A stretch of 64,000 nt of DNA from an uncultured Acidobacteriota bacterium. GTDB lineage: Bacteria > Actinomycetota > Acidimicrobiia > Spongiisociales > ZC4RG35. The notes under the pieces are model-generated. The model saw nothing but the letters and a program-made list of their open reading frames with translations, was not told the origin of the DNA and made no database searches. Of this stretch, positions 1 through 9,967 are shown in pieces. Each line of letters begins with the position of its first letter. Position 1 is the first letter of the stretch. Location of the stretch: the NCBI GenBank assembly GCA_963828465.1, contig CAWHEU010000022.1, positions 416,001-480,000 on the forward strand, written 5' to 3'. The position numbers were made by a program, and so were the translations under genes.

Positions 1-2
1 TG

Positions 3-620
3 TTCGACACGGTCGAAGGAGCCTTGGAGATCGGCATCGAATGGCTGACCGCCTTCACGTTCTCCACCGAGAACTGGTCGCGTTCTGACGAGGAGGTCGA
101 GTTCCTCATGTGGTTCAACGAGGATCTCCTCACCCGTCGCCGCGACGATCTCCACGCGCAAGGAGTGAGGATGCTCTTTGCCGGCGACATGGACGACCCC
201 AGAATCCCGGACCGGAATCGCAAACACATGGCCGAGGCAGCCCGGATGACGGCGGGCAACACCAGTCTCCACCTGGTATTCGCCTTCAACTATGGGAGCC
301 GCCGTGAGATCGTCGACGCCACGAGGGCTCTCGCCTCCAGGGTGGCCTCAGGGGCTCTGGCAGTCGACGAGATAGACGAGACGCTGCTGGCGGGCTCGCT
401 CTACGTGCCAGAAATGCCTGATGTCGACCTGATCATTCGATCGTCGGGGGAGCATCGGCTCTCCAACTTCCTCCTTTGGCAGTCGGCTTACGCCGAGTTC
501 TACTTCCCGGGCATCCTCTGGCCAGACTTCGATCGACATGCCTTGCTGGACGCCGTGATCGATTACCAGGGCCGGGAGCGTCGCTTCGGCGCCGCCGAAG
601 ACTTGTCCCGGATTGACTAA
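3..620 (+). CDS. uppS: Isoprenyl transferase / undecaprenyl diphosphate synthase (5' truncated by window)
   Basis: Motifs FSTENW.R, FNYGSR.EI, DLIIRSSGE.RLSNFLLWQSAYAE, RRFG. Confidence 0.95.
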   Translation, partial: FDTVEGALEIGIEWLTAFTFSTENWSRSDEEVEFLMWFNEDLLTRRRDDLHAQGVRMLFAGDMDDPRIPDRNRKHMAEAARMTAGNTSLHLVFAFNYGSRREIVDATRALASRVASGALAVDEIDETLLAGSLYVPEMPDVDLIIRSSGEHRLSNFLLWQSAYAEFYFPGILWPDFDRHALLDAVIDYQGRERRFGAAEDLSRID

Positions 621-652
621 GCGCCCGGATCGGGCCACCGTTTCACCTCCGC

Positions 653-1960
653 ATGACGCAACCGACCCTCGAGACCATCTCCAACCTCGCCAAGAAGAGA
701 GGCTTCGTCTTTCAGGCCTCCGAGATCTATGGCGGGATTCGCTCTGCCTATGACTACGGGCCGCTCGGCGTGGAGTTGCTGAAAAACGTCAAAGACGAGT
801 GGTGGCGGGACATGGTCCAGCTTCGGGACGACGTGGTTGGAATTGATTCGGCCATCCTCCAGGCCCGCCAGGTGTGGCAAGCGTCGGGGCACGAGGAGGT
901 CTTCACCGATCCCTTGGTCGAGTGCCGCAACTGCAACGCACGGCACCGGCTCGACAAGCTCGACGACCCGAACACCTGCCCGACATGTGGGAAGTCAGGG
1001 ACGTTCACCGAGCCGAAGCCATTTCACCTCATGTTCCGCACACACATGGGCCCCGTAGATTCGGATGAGAACCTGATCTATCTCCGGCCGGAGACCGCGC
1101 AGGGGATCTTCACCAACTTCGAGAACATCCGCCGCACGAATCGTCTCAAACTCCCGTTCGGGATTGCCCAGGTGGGCAAGTCGTTCCGTAACGAGATCAC
1201 TCCGGGACAGTTCGTGTTCCGCACCCGAGAGTTCGAGCAGATGGAGATGGAGTATTTCGTCAGGCCCGAGGAGGTGGACGAATGGTTCGCCTACTGGCAG
1301 GAGCGACGCTTCGCCTGGTATCTCGGACTCGGCATGACCGAGTCCAATCTCCGCATCCGGCCCCATGACGAGGATGAGCTGAGTCACTATTCGGCCGCGA
1401 CCGTCGACGTCGAGTACAGATTTCCCTGGGACTGGGACGAACTGGAGGGGATCGCAAATCGCACCGACTTCGATCTGAAACAGCACTCGGAGCACTCCGG
1501 TGAGGACCTTCGCTACTTCGACTCTGAGACAAACGAGCGATTCTTCCCTTACGCGATCGAGCCGGCGGCCGGGGCCACCAGGACAACGTTCGCCTTCCTC
1601 ATCGACGCCTATGACGAGGAGAAGGTGAACGACGAGACGAGGACCGTTCTCCGCCTCCATCCCCGTCTGGCTCCATACAAGGTGGCCATCCTCCCGTTGT
1701 CCAAGAAGGAAGATCTGATCGAGCCTGCCGAGCGCATCGCCGCAGAGCTTCGGCAACGGTGGATGGTCGAGATGGACGTGACCCAGTCGATCGGGCGGCG
1801 CTACCGGCGACAGGACGAGATCGGCACCCCGTATGCCGTCACCGTGGACTTCGAGACCTTGGAAGATCAGGCGGTGACTGTCAGGGACCGGGACTCGATG
1901 AAACAGGACCGGGTCTCGATGGACCGTCTTGTGGATTACCTCGCCGAGCGTCTCGACTGA
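653..1960 (+). CDS. glyQS: Glycine--tRNA ligase, alpha2 type
   Basis: YDYGPLG, LRPETAQGIF, GKSFRNEI, FRTREFEQMEME, C-terminal anticodon-binding domain SIGRRYRRQDEIGTP. Confidence 0.96.
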   Translation: MTQPTLETISNLAKKRGFVFQASEIYGGIRSAYDYGPLGVELLKNVKDEWWRDMVQLRDDVVGIDSAILQARQVWQASGHEEVFTDPLVECRNCNARHRLDKLDDPNTCPTCGKSGTFTEPKPFHLMFRTHMGPVDSDENLIYLRPETAQGIFTNFENIRRTNRLKLPFGIAQVGKSFRNEITPGQFVFRTREFEQMEMEYFVRPEEVDEWFAYWQERRFAWYLGLGMTESNLRIRPHDEDELSHYSAATVDVEYRFPWDWDELEGIANRTDFDLKQHSEHSGEDLRYFDSETNERFFPYAIEPAAGATRTTFAFLIDAYDEEKVNDETRTVLRLHPRLAPYKVAILPLSKKEDLIEPAERIAAELRQRWMVEMDVTQSIGRRYRRQDEIGTPYAVTVDFETLEDQAVTVRDRDSMKQDRVSMDRLVDYLAERLD

Positions 1961-2034
1961 CTCCATCGCCGTCTGTAGAGAGTTCGTCCCCGCATCGTGA
2001 AGGAACGCCCGGTCGTACTTATGATCGGTCGGCC

Positions 2035-3771
2035 ATGGCAGAGCGAGGTGACATCGATCGGGTTCGGGAGTCCACCGACCTCGTCGACCTGATCTCCGAG
2101 GTCACCAAGGTCAAGCGCTCGGGCCGGAGCTTCATGGCGGTCTGCCCCTTCCACGAGGAGAAGACCCCTTCCATGTCGGTAGACCGTGCTCGGGGGCTCT
2201 ACCACTGCTTCGGGTGCGGCAAGGGAGGCGATGTCTTCAGCTTCGTGCAGGAGACCCAGGGTGTCGACTTCGCCGATGCCCTCGAGCTGCTCGCCAGGCG
2301 GGCAGGGATCACGCTGGTCCGGGACCCTGCCGACGCCCGGCAGAGGGGGCGTCGGGGGGAGGCAGTCGAGGCGCTGAAGAGGGCGATCGACGTCTATCAC
2401 GACCGATTGAAGAAGGCACCGGAGGCGGGGGCGGCCCGGGCCTATCTTCGCCAGCGTGGTTACGACGTCGGGATCATCGACGAATGGAAGCTCGGGTTCG
2501 CCGCAACCGACTGGGACACATTGACCAAGGAGCTCAAGGCGGGCGGGCTCGATGACCGGGTACTCGTCGATGCCGGTCTATCCCGTCGGGGCCGGCATGG
2601 CCTGTTCGATGTCTTCAGGGGCAGGCTCATGTTCCCCATCCACGACCTCCGTGGTGACGCCGTCGGGTTCGGTGGCCGGAAGATCGACGAGATCGATCGC
2701 AATGCCACGAACAATCCGGACGCGAAATACGTGAACTCGGCCGATTCGGTGGTCTATCACAAGGCTCAGGTCCTGTTCGGGCTGGATCGGGCCCGTCGAG
2801 AGATATCCGACGACCACCCGGCGGTGATCGTCGAGGGGTATACCGACGTGATCGCCATGCATCAGGCCGGGGTCAAGACTGCCGTTGCAACCTGTGGCAC
2901 CGCCCTCGGAGACGGTCACTTCGATCTCCTGCGGCGGTTCAGCGAGAAGGTGGTACTCGCATTCGACTCAGACGAAGCTGGGTCCAAAGCCGCGCTCAGG
3001 GGCGACGAGCTGGAGTCGCCATTTCGCCTCGATCTCGACTTGCGAGTGGCGGTGATGCCCGACGGGCTCGACCCGGCTGATCTGGTGCAGCAGGACCGAA
3101 AAGAGGAGCTGTTCTCGGCGGTAAACGGGGCGAGACCGCTCCTGGAGCGAAGGATCGAGCACGAGGTGAGCCGTCACGATCTGTCCGGACCCGAAGGCAG
3201 AGCGCGTGCCCTTCATGCCGCTGCCGCCCAGGTGCGCCGGGTCAACGATGGGATCGCCCGTCGTGAGTACGCACGGTATGTCGCCCGGCTGGTCGGCGTC
3301 GAGCTCGAGGCGGCTCAAGCTGCGATAGACGGCGACCGGGGCAGGCGCGGCCGCGCCGAGCCCGGAGTCGAGCGGCCGCTGGACCGGATCGAGTTAGAGC
3401 TCATGCGAGTGTTGATCGCGGACCCCTCATCGGTGGAAGGTGTGGTTGCCGAAGACTTCACGGATCAGCGGCTGAGGCAGGCGTTCTCCGCCCTCGATCT
3501 GTCGGCGGTGGTACCGGGTGAGCCGGTCGACATCTCGGAGGCCGGCGAGGAGGAGACGCGATCGTTGCTGCGCTCATTGGCCATGGACGACCGCCCGCTG
3601 TCGTCAGGTCCTGAGATTCTGTCTCGGGTGAAGGAGCGGAGGCTGGACGCCGAGATCGAGGATCTGCAGCGGATATTGGCTGGAATGGAGCCCGGAACCG
3701 ATGCTCATTCCGACAACCTCCGCCGCTTGATAGCTTTACAGCAGGAGAAGCGATCCTCCACCCGGATGTGA
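2035..3771 (+). CDS. dnaG: DNA primase
   Basis: CHC2 zinc finger [10 protein letters not shown]...[28 protein letters not shown] and FDSDEAG; start placed at ATG 2035 (MAERGDI). Confidence 0.95.
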   Translation: MAERGDIDRVRESTDLVDLISEVTKVKRSGRSFMAVCPFHEEKTPSMSVDRARGLYHCFGCGKGGDVFSFVQETQGVDFADALELLARRAGITLVRDPADARQRGRRGEAVEALKRAIDVYHDRLKKAPEAGAARAYLRQRGYDVGIIDEWKLGFAATDWDTLTKELKAGGLDDRVLVDAGLSRRGRHGLFDVFRGRLMFPIHDLRGDAVGFGGRKIDEIDRNATNNPDAKYVNSADSVVYHKAQVLFGLDRARREISDDHPAVIVEGYTDVIAMHQAGVKTAVATCGTALGDGHFDLLRRFSEKVVLAFDSDEAGSKAALRGDELESPFRLDLDLRVAVMPDGLDPADLVQQDRKEELFSAVNGARPLLERRIEHEVSRHDLSGPEGRARALHAAAAQVRRVNDGIARREYARYVARLVGVELEAAQAAIDGDRGRRGRAEPGVERPLDRIELELMRVLIADPSSVEGVVAEDFTDQRLRQAFSALDLSAVVPGEPVDISEAGEEETRSLLRSLAMDDRPLSSGPEILSRVKERRLDAEIEDLQRILAGMEPGTDAHSDNLRRLIALQQEKRSSTRM

Positions 3772-4895
3772 ACGAAGAACTCAGCAAGGTCGTCGCCGCC
3801 CTGGTCAAGAGGGGCAAGCATCGTGGCTTTCTCACGATGGCAGAAGTCCAGCAAGAGCTGGAGGATGCCGAGGCGTCCGGAGAGGCATTCGAGGAAGTCG
3901 CTGACGCCCTCCGCTCCCAGGGAATCAAGCTCACGGAGGAGGGGCCGGGAGTCACAGAGGAGTTCGTCGAGGTCGGCCAGATTTCGGTCTCGGACCCGGT
4001 GCGCCTCTATCTCAACGAGATCGGTAGGTATCCCCTTCTCACCAGCCAGCAGGAAGTGGAGCTGGCGATGCACATGGAGGCGGGACATCGGGCGCAGGCC
4101 CGCCTCGACGAGGAGGGGCTGATCGATGAGGACCGGGCTGTCCTCGGGCATGAGATAGACATCGGCGACGCAGCCCAGAAGCAGCTCGTTCAGTCCAATC
4201 TTCGCCTGGTCGTGGCATTGGCCCGACGCTACGTCGGGCGCGGGATGGCCTTGCTCGACCTGATCCAGGAGGGCAACGTCGGTCTGATGCGTGCCGTGGA
4301 GCGGTTCGACTATCGAAGGGGCTTCAAGTTCTCCACCTACGCCACCTGGTGGATCCGTCAGGCGATCTCCAGGGCAATCGCCGATCAGGGCCGGACAATC
4401 CGTATGCCGATCCACGTCCTCGATTCGGTCAACAAGCTGACCCGGGCTCAGCGGGAGATGACCCAGACGATGGGACGTAAACCCACTCTCGACGAGCTGG
4501 CCTTTGAGCTCGACATCGAACCCGCTCGGGTCGCGGAGCTGCAGCGAATCGCCCAGGATACGGTCTCCCTGGAGACGCCGGTTGGCGAGGACGACGACGG
4601 CACTCTCGGTGACCTCGTCGAAGATCTCGAGTCAGATCGCCCAGCGGATGTCGCCACCTTCTCGTCTTTGCAGGATCAACTGGCCATGGCCCTGGAGGGT
4701 CTGAACGAGCGGGAGCGTGAGGTCTTGATCATGCGGTTCGGCCTGGCCGATGGGCGGATGCGCACCCTCGAGGAGGTCGGGTCCCATTTCAAGGTGACCC
4801 GTGAGCGGATCCGACAGCTGGAGACCAAGGCATTGGCCAAGCTCCGGCACCCCGACAAGTCACAGAAGCTGGAGGGGTTCCTGGAGAACTCCTGA
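3768..4895 (+). CDS. rpoD: Primary RNA polymerase sigma factor (RpoD/SigA)
   Basis: [46 protein letters not shown]...VTRERIRQ.E; follows dnaG with GTGA overlap. Confidence 0.93.
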   Translation: MNEELSKVVAALVKRGKHRGFLTMAEVQQELEDAEASGEAFEEVADALRSQGIKLTEEGPGVTEEFVEVGQISVSDPVRLYLNEIGRYPLLTSQQEVELAMHMEAGHRAQARLDEEGLIDEDRAVLGHEIDIGDAAQKQLVQSNLRLVVALARRYVGRGMALLDLIQEGNVGLMRAVERFDYRRGFKFSTYATWWIRQAISRAIADQGRTIRMPIHVLDSVNKLTRAQREMTQTMGRKPTLDELAFELDIEPARVAELQRIAQDTVSLETPVGEDDDGTLGDLVEDLESDRPADVATFSSLQDQLAMALEGLNEREREVLIMRFGLADGRMRTLEEVGSHFKVTRERIRQLETKALAKLRHPDKSQKLEGFLENS

Positions 4896-4936
4896 TCGGC
4901 CGGGCACGTGGGTGCCCGTCGTGGCAATATCGGGCC

Positions 4937-5182
4937 ATGAGATTTAGATCCGGACTCGTGGTCGGCGCAGCCTTCGGGTATGTCTTGGGAACCCGTGCTG
5001 GGCGGCAGCGGTACGACCAGATCAAGCACTGGGCCGGTGAGGCGAGGAAACACCCTGCGGTGGCCCAACTGGCGAACCAGACCGTAGGCGCGGTCGATGC
5101 GGGACGCTATGTCGCCGCCACCGGGCTCACGTCGGTAGCCAAGGGGCTTCGCACGGTCGACACTCACTCAAGCTCTGAGTAG
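4937..5182 (+). CDS. Small YtxH-like membrane-anchored protein
   Basis: GAAFGYVLGTRAGRQRYDQI motif typical of actinobacterial YtxH-like proteins. Confidence 0.7.
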   Translation: MRFRSGLVVGAAFGYVLGTRAGRQRYDQIKHWAGEARKHPAVAQLANQTVGAVDAGRYVAATGLTSVAKGLRTVDTHSSSE

Positions 5183-5225
5183 ACAGAAGCCGACTGGTAC
5201 CCTGACCCCTGCCAGTCGGCAACCT

Positions 5226-5298
5226 TCCGCGGTAGCTCAATTGGTAGAGCAGTGGACTGTTAATCCATTGGTTGTAGGTTCGAGTCCTACCCGCGGAG
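5226..5298 (+). tRNA. tRNA-Asn(GTT)
   Basis: Cloverleaf TCCGCGG acceptor / TAGCTCAATTGGTAGAGC D-arm / TGGA-CTGTTAA-TCCA anticodon arm / GTAGGTTCGAGTCCTAC T-arm; CCA not encoded. Confidence 0.97.
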
Positions 5299-5538
5299 CA
5301 GCGACACCGACAATCCCTGGTTATACAAGGTGATTTCGGTAATCCCGCCTCCTTCCATGTTGCCCCACGTCGGAAAACTGGGCTGGGGGGCCCATTCCTG
5401 AGACCGCAAGCCGGGCTCGCCGTGGACAGGAAATTCAAAGAACTGGTCGTACGCGACCTCTGGCGATAGCTTTCATCGGTTAGCAACATTGGAAGGCTTG
5501 CCCTGGTTCAAGATCGGACCGTCGTCGAAGGATTCACC

Positions 5539-5970
5539 GTGTTCGTTCTCGGCAACGAACGGCGGCTCCGCCACGCTCTGAGCGCAACCCTGGGGTTGGA
5601 GACCGGCCGTGAAGCGGCAGCCGAAGCCCTGGCTTATGGCTGGGAGCATTGGGAACGGATCAGGGAAATGGAGAATTCGATCGGTTACCTCTATGTGGTG
5701 GGGCGAGACCGGGGGCGGAAGATGAGCCGCAACCGCCGAGTCGTCTTCCCGGATGTCATCGAGGATCGCACCCCGTGGGTGGAACCGGGACTGCCCCGAG
5801 CCTTGGCCGCCCTACCTGAGAGGGAGCGAGTGGTGGTTCTTCTGGTTCATGCTTATGGATGGGCGATGAGTGAGGTGGCCGAACTGCTCGAAGTCACCAA
5901 GAGCACGGTGCAGACCCACTCTGAAAGAGGCGTCAGGAAGCTCCGTCGCAAGTTAGGGGTGAGCCTGTGA
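5539..5970 (+). CDS. ECF (SigE-like) sigma-70 factor 1; true start probably upstream (CTG 5503?)
   Basis: Region 2 AEALAYGWEHW...GYLYVVG; region 4 ALAALPERERVVVLLVH..GW..SEVAELL..TKSTVQTH..RG..KLR. Confidence 0.88.
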   Translation: MFVLGNERRLRHALSATLGLETGREAAAEALAYGWEHWERIREMENSIGYLYVVGRDRGRKMSRNRRVVFPDVIEDRTPWVEPGLPRALAALPERERVVVLLVHAYGWAMSEVAELLEVTKSTVQTHSERGVRKLRRKLGVSL

Positions 5971-7115
5971 GCCGAGACATTCTGAGTCAGATCCGGGATT
6001 ACGGGTCGCAGATCGACGACGGCCAAGCCCCACTCACTGTGTCTGAAGTCATCGACCGGGCGAGTGTGGTGCAGACCATCCCTCAGGACCCGCGTGGCAT
6101 CCACCCCCGACGAACGAGACGTGGACTCAAAGCGTTCGCCTTTGCAGCCGGCCTCGTCGTCATGGTGGCGCTCACCATCGTCCTCGGCGCCACCCGCACA
6201 GATGTTCCGCCTGCGGTCACCACAATCCCTACGCCGACGACAACGCCGGTCATACCACCGACCACGGTCTCCGCGCCGGAGCCCGACCCGACGCCTTTGG
6301 TCAAGTGGCCCCAGTCGAGTCTGGAGGAGGTGCGGGAGGCACAGGAGCTCGCCGATGCTGGAGACCCCAACTACACGTGGCAGCTCGAACCGAACATGGC
6401 ATCGATCTTGATGGGCACGGAGCAGGTCGATACTCCCGAGATCCTCGCCCGATTGCTCCGGGAGGAGCTCGGTTGGGAGGAATTCGCCCTGGTCGCGATA
6501 CCAGGTAACGCCGCCGAGTCCGGGGGCATCCGGGCGGAGGGGCTCCAGTTCATCCGGTGTGAGCCGGGGAAGAGCAATCCCATCTGGCCGGATGATCCCC
6601 GGTTCGGCGGATGCGCACCAACCATCGACGACTTCCACTACGAGAGGGTGGAGATCTACGTGGCGCAGCCCGGCAAGCGGGGCCCGGAAGGGATCTGGGT
6701 GGCTTCCATGTGGGGGGAGGTCGATCCATTCGAGCAGGTCGCCCCACTCACCGACGCCGAGATCGCGGCGATCATGGAGCCCTTCCTCCAGGCAAGGATC
6801 GCCGGTGAGGGAGCCGAGCAGTATCTGGGCGATCTAAGCGCCGGGGACTGGCTAAGCAGCGGGTGGTTGGCGCCCGGGTTCCTGTATGCCACCAGCACCG
6901 GTGCCCCCTATGAGCGAGCCGAGTTCGAGGTCGTCAATGGGGGGGAATGGCCGGGTGGCTCGATGACCGTAAAGGTTCGGCTGTTCGCCGACGGGGGCCA
7001 GACCGTGGTGGAGCAGACCTTCTCGTTGTGGCGGGACGTGGCGGGCCGCTGGCCGCTCTATCACCACCAGGATGACCAGAGCACCGAGAACGGGCAGCCC
7101 CTGCCCAAGACCTGA
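5967..7115 (+). CDS. Single-TM protein, putative anti-sigma/sensor 1
   Basis: GTGA coupling to sigma 1; short N-terminal domain, TM helix AFAFAAGLVVMVALTIVLG, Pro/Thr linker, ectodomain homologous to 8291-9946. Confidence 0.8.
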   Translation: MSRDILSQIRDYGSQIDDGQAPLTVSEVIDRASVVQTIPQDPRGIHPRRTRRGLKAFAFAAGLVVMVALTIVLGATRTDVPPAVTTIPTPTTTPVIPPTTVSAPEPDPTPLVKWPQSSLEEVREAQELADAGDPNYTWQLEPNMASILMGTEQVDTPEILARLLREELGWEEFALVAIPGNAAESGGIRAEGLQFIRCEPGKSNPIWPDDPRFGGCAPTIDDFHYERVEIYVAQPGKRGPEGIWVASMWGEVDPFEQVAPLTDAEIAAIMEPFLQARIAGEGAEQYLGDLSAGDWLSSGWLAPGFLYATSTGAPYERAEFEVVNGGEWPGGSMTVKVRLFADGGQTVVEQTFSLWRDVAGRWPLYHHQDDQSTENGQPLPKT

Positions 7116-7196
7116 GGGACGGCGATGGGATCGATGGAAGGGGCCGGGATCAGGTCAGGATCGCGTCTTGGGTTTGGCCCTGGTGGTCGCGCTGAT

Positions 7197-7375
7197 GCAC
7201 TTCGCGTGTAGCCATTTGTGTAGCCGTACGTAGCAGGACAGGACAACACCAGACAACACGACTGGTGGAAATTCCCAGACAGGACAGCACCAAACATCAC
7301 GCACTAGGACTGGACGGACGGGGTGGGCGGGACTGTTAATCCATTGGTTGTAGGTTCGAGTCCTACCCGCGGAGC
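7197..7375 (+). repeat. attR-like site copy 1: 133-bp arm + 46-bp tRNA-Asn 3' core
   Basis: 165/179 identical to 13802-13980 without indels (hand alignment); core identical to tRNA 5254-5299. Confidence 0.92.
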
Positions 7376-7818
7376 CCAAATTCTTCCGCTCATTGTTGGC
7401 ATTCTTGGTTGTGGCCAGGGGCGAACAAGTGTTCACGTGTAGCCATTCTGTAGAGCAGAGGGGACCGAACCCACGAGGTGTGGTTCGCCACCGACTACTG
7501 CCGAACCCGACGAATCGACGCCATGACCGTCGCTGAGCCTGTCCAGGACTACCTGACCCGGGTGGGCGATGAGCGGCAACCGCCGACTCTGCCGTAACCC
7601 CAACCACCGGCCCAAGAGCCCGATACCCCGCCCGCGGATCCCGTCTGGCGCTATGGAGATTTTGCGAAATACGGGCCCCTGGAGTTTGGCCCGAAGACAG
7701 CCACATCTCCCTACCCGCCAGCGGGTCGGAGTTCCAGCTGCGATGAGGCTCAGGGCAGAAGCGTCGATTCAAAATGCTTGTGGTGTAAACCTCTCAGTCG
7801 GTGTCTTATGACAGTGAC

Positions 7819-8301
7819 ATGGTGAGGCCTGCTCTTTCCGAGGTGGTTGTCGGCCCAGGCTTTGTTGCGTTCGTCCGAGAGGTCGAACCCAAGCTCCGCC
7901 GAGCGCTTGTCGCCGGTTTTGGCATCGACATTGGGCGGGAGGCCACCGCTGAGGCGCTGGCTTATGGGTGGGAGCACTGGGAGAGGGTGCGTCATCTGGA
8001 GAATCCGGCTGGCTACCTGTATCGGGTCGGTCAGAGCTGGGCGAGACGGCGACCACTGCGTCGTGTCCTGTTTCCGGACTCGCCTGCCAGTAATGAGCCA
8101 TGGTTCGAGCCTGGTTTGGGCCCGGCATTGCGGGCCCTGAGTGCGAGGCAGCGACAAGCGGTGATCCTGGTCCACGCGATGGGTCTGAGCCAGGCGGAGA
8201 CCGCCGCGATGCTCGGACTGAAGCCGACTTCTGTTCAGAACCACCTGCAGCGGGGCCTCTCGCGGCTTCGTATAGCCCTGGGGGTTGACGATGAGACTTG
8301 A
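7819..8301 (+). CDS. ECF (SigE-like) sigma-70 factor 2
   Basis: FVAFVREVEPKLRRAL, AEALAYGWEHW, NPAGYLYRVG, region 4 ALRALSARQRQAVILVH..GLS.AETA..LG...SVQNHL.RGLSRLR. Confidence 0.9.
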   Translation: MVRPALSEVVVGPGFVAFVREVEPKLRRALVAGFGIDIGREATAEALAYGWEHWERVRHLENPAGYLYRVGQSWARRRPLRRVLFPDSPASNEPWFEPGLGPALRALSARQRQAVILVHAMGLSQAETAAMLGLKPTSVQNHLQRGLSRLRIALGVDDET

Positions 8302-9946
8302 AACACGACTCCTCGACTACGTCGATGAGATGGCACCGCCGGTCACCACCGAGGAGGCGATTGCTCGAAGTGAGTCGCCGAACCGTTTATGGGTGCGCGT
8401 GGCTTCCGCTACCAAGACCGAGGAGTCAGCGAAGACCCAGACCCCTGGCCCGAGGCGAGGCCTTGTCTGGGCGGTAGTGGTATTCGTGGTCATCCTCGCC
8501 GTGGGCGGGTTGTATTCCGCCTTCAGTGGCGATGACAGCCAGGTGGTCGATCAAACCACCGTCCCCACCCCGACCACGGTCCCCACAAGCGTATTGGACT
8601 CCATGTGGCCGCAGTCGAGTCTGGAGGAGGTGGAGGAGGCCCAAGAGCTCGCCGACGCTGGCGATCCCGATTTCACTTGGCAGCTCGATGCGACGCTGGC
8701 CGCCGGTGGCGATCCATGGGGAGCGGAGATATTCGCCCGGTTTATCGAAGATGAACTCGGCTGGGAGGCCTGGGAGGCCGCTGCTTTCGATGGATGGTTG
8801 GGCGGTGATGGGGGAGGCTACGAGCAGGTCCTCTTCATCCGTTGCGCGCCCGGCGAGACCAACCCATTGAGCCCGGTGTACTCGGAGGCGCCACCCGAGA
8901 TCGGCCAGTGTGCGCCGACGATCGACGAGCTCAGCTACGAGACGGTGGGTATCAGTGTGTCCCAGCCCGGCCTTCGGGGTCGTTCGGGCCTTTGGGTGGT
9001 GACTGGGTGGGAGACTCTCCAGCCCAAGTCCCCTGAGGCTCTCTGGGAACTCCTCACCCCAGACCTCTTGGCCGGGAGGCAGGTCGAGCAGGTCGTCCCG
9101 CCATCCGACACTGAATTAGCCGCTCTCCTGGACGGGTTCCTACAAGCCCGGGTGGACGGTGCAGGGGCCGAGCAGTATCTGCTCCACGAGCCAGAGGAGT
9201 GGATCTTTGAGGATGTGCCGCTCCTGTACGCCACGACCAGCGGCGCACCCTTTGAGCGCTTCGAGATCTTTCGGGTAAATGGCCCGCGCTGGCCGACCGG
9301 AAGGATTCTGGTCAGGGTACGGCTGTTCGCCGAGGGTGGGACCGTGGTCGAGCAGTTGTTCCATGTGGTCCGCAGTGATGGACACCTCGGCCTCGTGTAC
9401 GGATACTTCGACGACGTACTCCAGAGCACCGAAAACGGGCAGTCCGTGAACATCATCCTCGATGGCGAGGTGACCTTCGCCACGGCCCCCCCATGGAGAA
9501 GGTCAGTGATTGACCCTTCCGACGCTTCCGACACTTACATGAGATTTCAGGCGGGGAGAGAGGAATTCGTCGCGATCGGGACGGATCCCCCACCGGCCGC
9601 GGGGGACTGTGAGAACCCCTTGGCTCCTGCAGATGCCGAGGCGCTGGCTCGGAGCATCATGGCCAACCCCGACTTCGAGACCAACGGGACCGTCCCGGTG
9701 CGCATCGCGGGTCTCGACGGGCTGCAGATGGATGTGGGCATTAACCGCAACGTGCACTCCTGCTGGTTTCGGGGGTTCGGACCAGATCAACTCGCTCAGT
9801 GGCGGACGCGCCTGTACATGCTCGACTACCCCGGCGATTCGGCGCAGATCCTGATCATCGCGGTCATCGCCCCGGCGATCGACTTGGAGCGCGTGATCGA
9901 GGAGGCGACACCCATCGTGGAGTCCCTCGAGATCAATGCCCCCTGA
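8291..9946 (+). CDS. Single-TM protein, putative anti-sigma/sensor 2 with extra C-terminal domain
   Basis: Overlaps sigma 2 stop; TM LVWAVVVFVVILAVGGLY; PT linker; WPQSSLEEV..AQELADAGDP ectodomain shared with 5967-7115. Confidence 0.8.
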   Translation: MRLETRLLDYVDEMAPPVTTEEAIARSESPNRLWVRVASATKTEESAKTQTPGPRRGLVWAVVVFVVILAVGGLYSAFSGDDSQVVDQTTVPTPTTVPTSVLDSMWPQSSLEEVEEAQELADAGDPDFTWQLDATLAAGGDPWGAEIFARFIEDELGWEAWEAAAFDGWLGGDGGGYEQVLFIRCAPGETNPLSPVYSEAPPEIGQCAPTIDELSYETVGISVSQPGLRGRSGLWVVTGWETLQPKSPEALWELLTPDLLAGRQVEQVVPPSDTELAALLDGFLQARVDGAGAEQYLLHEPEEWIFEDVPLLYATTSGAPFERFEIFRVNGPRWPTGRILVRVRLFAEGGTVVEQLFHVVRSDGHLGLVYGYFDDVLQSTENGQSVNIILDGEVTFATAPPWRRSVIDPSDASDTYMRFQAGREEFVAIGTDPPPAAGDCENPLAPADAEALARSIMANPDFETNGTVPVRIAGLDGLQMDVGINRNVHSCWFRGFGPDQLAQWRTRLYMLDYPGDSAQILIIAVIAPAIDLERVIEEATPIVESLEINAP

Positions 9947-9967
9947 AGACGACGGAATGGAGAGGAC

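Larger units (their letters stand above)
5254..7375. mobile_element. Integrative unit 1 at tRNA-Asn (no integrase), 2,076 bp core-to-core
   Basis: Flanked by identical 46-bp tRNA 3' cores at 5254-5299 and 7330-7375; cargo is an ECF sigma plus a membrane protein. Confidence 0.75.

Noticed and set aside
1759-2034. N-terminal extensions in the ORF track (dnaG, leuB, leuD, ilvB, ROK genes, SBP)
   Set aside because: They overlap upstream genes and look like off-frame sequence; starts were moved to homologous, SD-supported or coupled positions.
7236-7320. CRISPR or microsatellite in the pentamer tract
   Set aside because: Degenerate 5-bp periodicity without repeat-spacer structure; better explained as part of the att arm.
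7330-7375. Additional tRNA-Asn genes at 7330 and 13935
   Set aside because: Only the anticodon arm to 3' end is present; the 5' acceptor strand and D-arm are replaced by arm sequence, so these are att cores.
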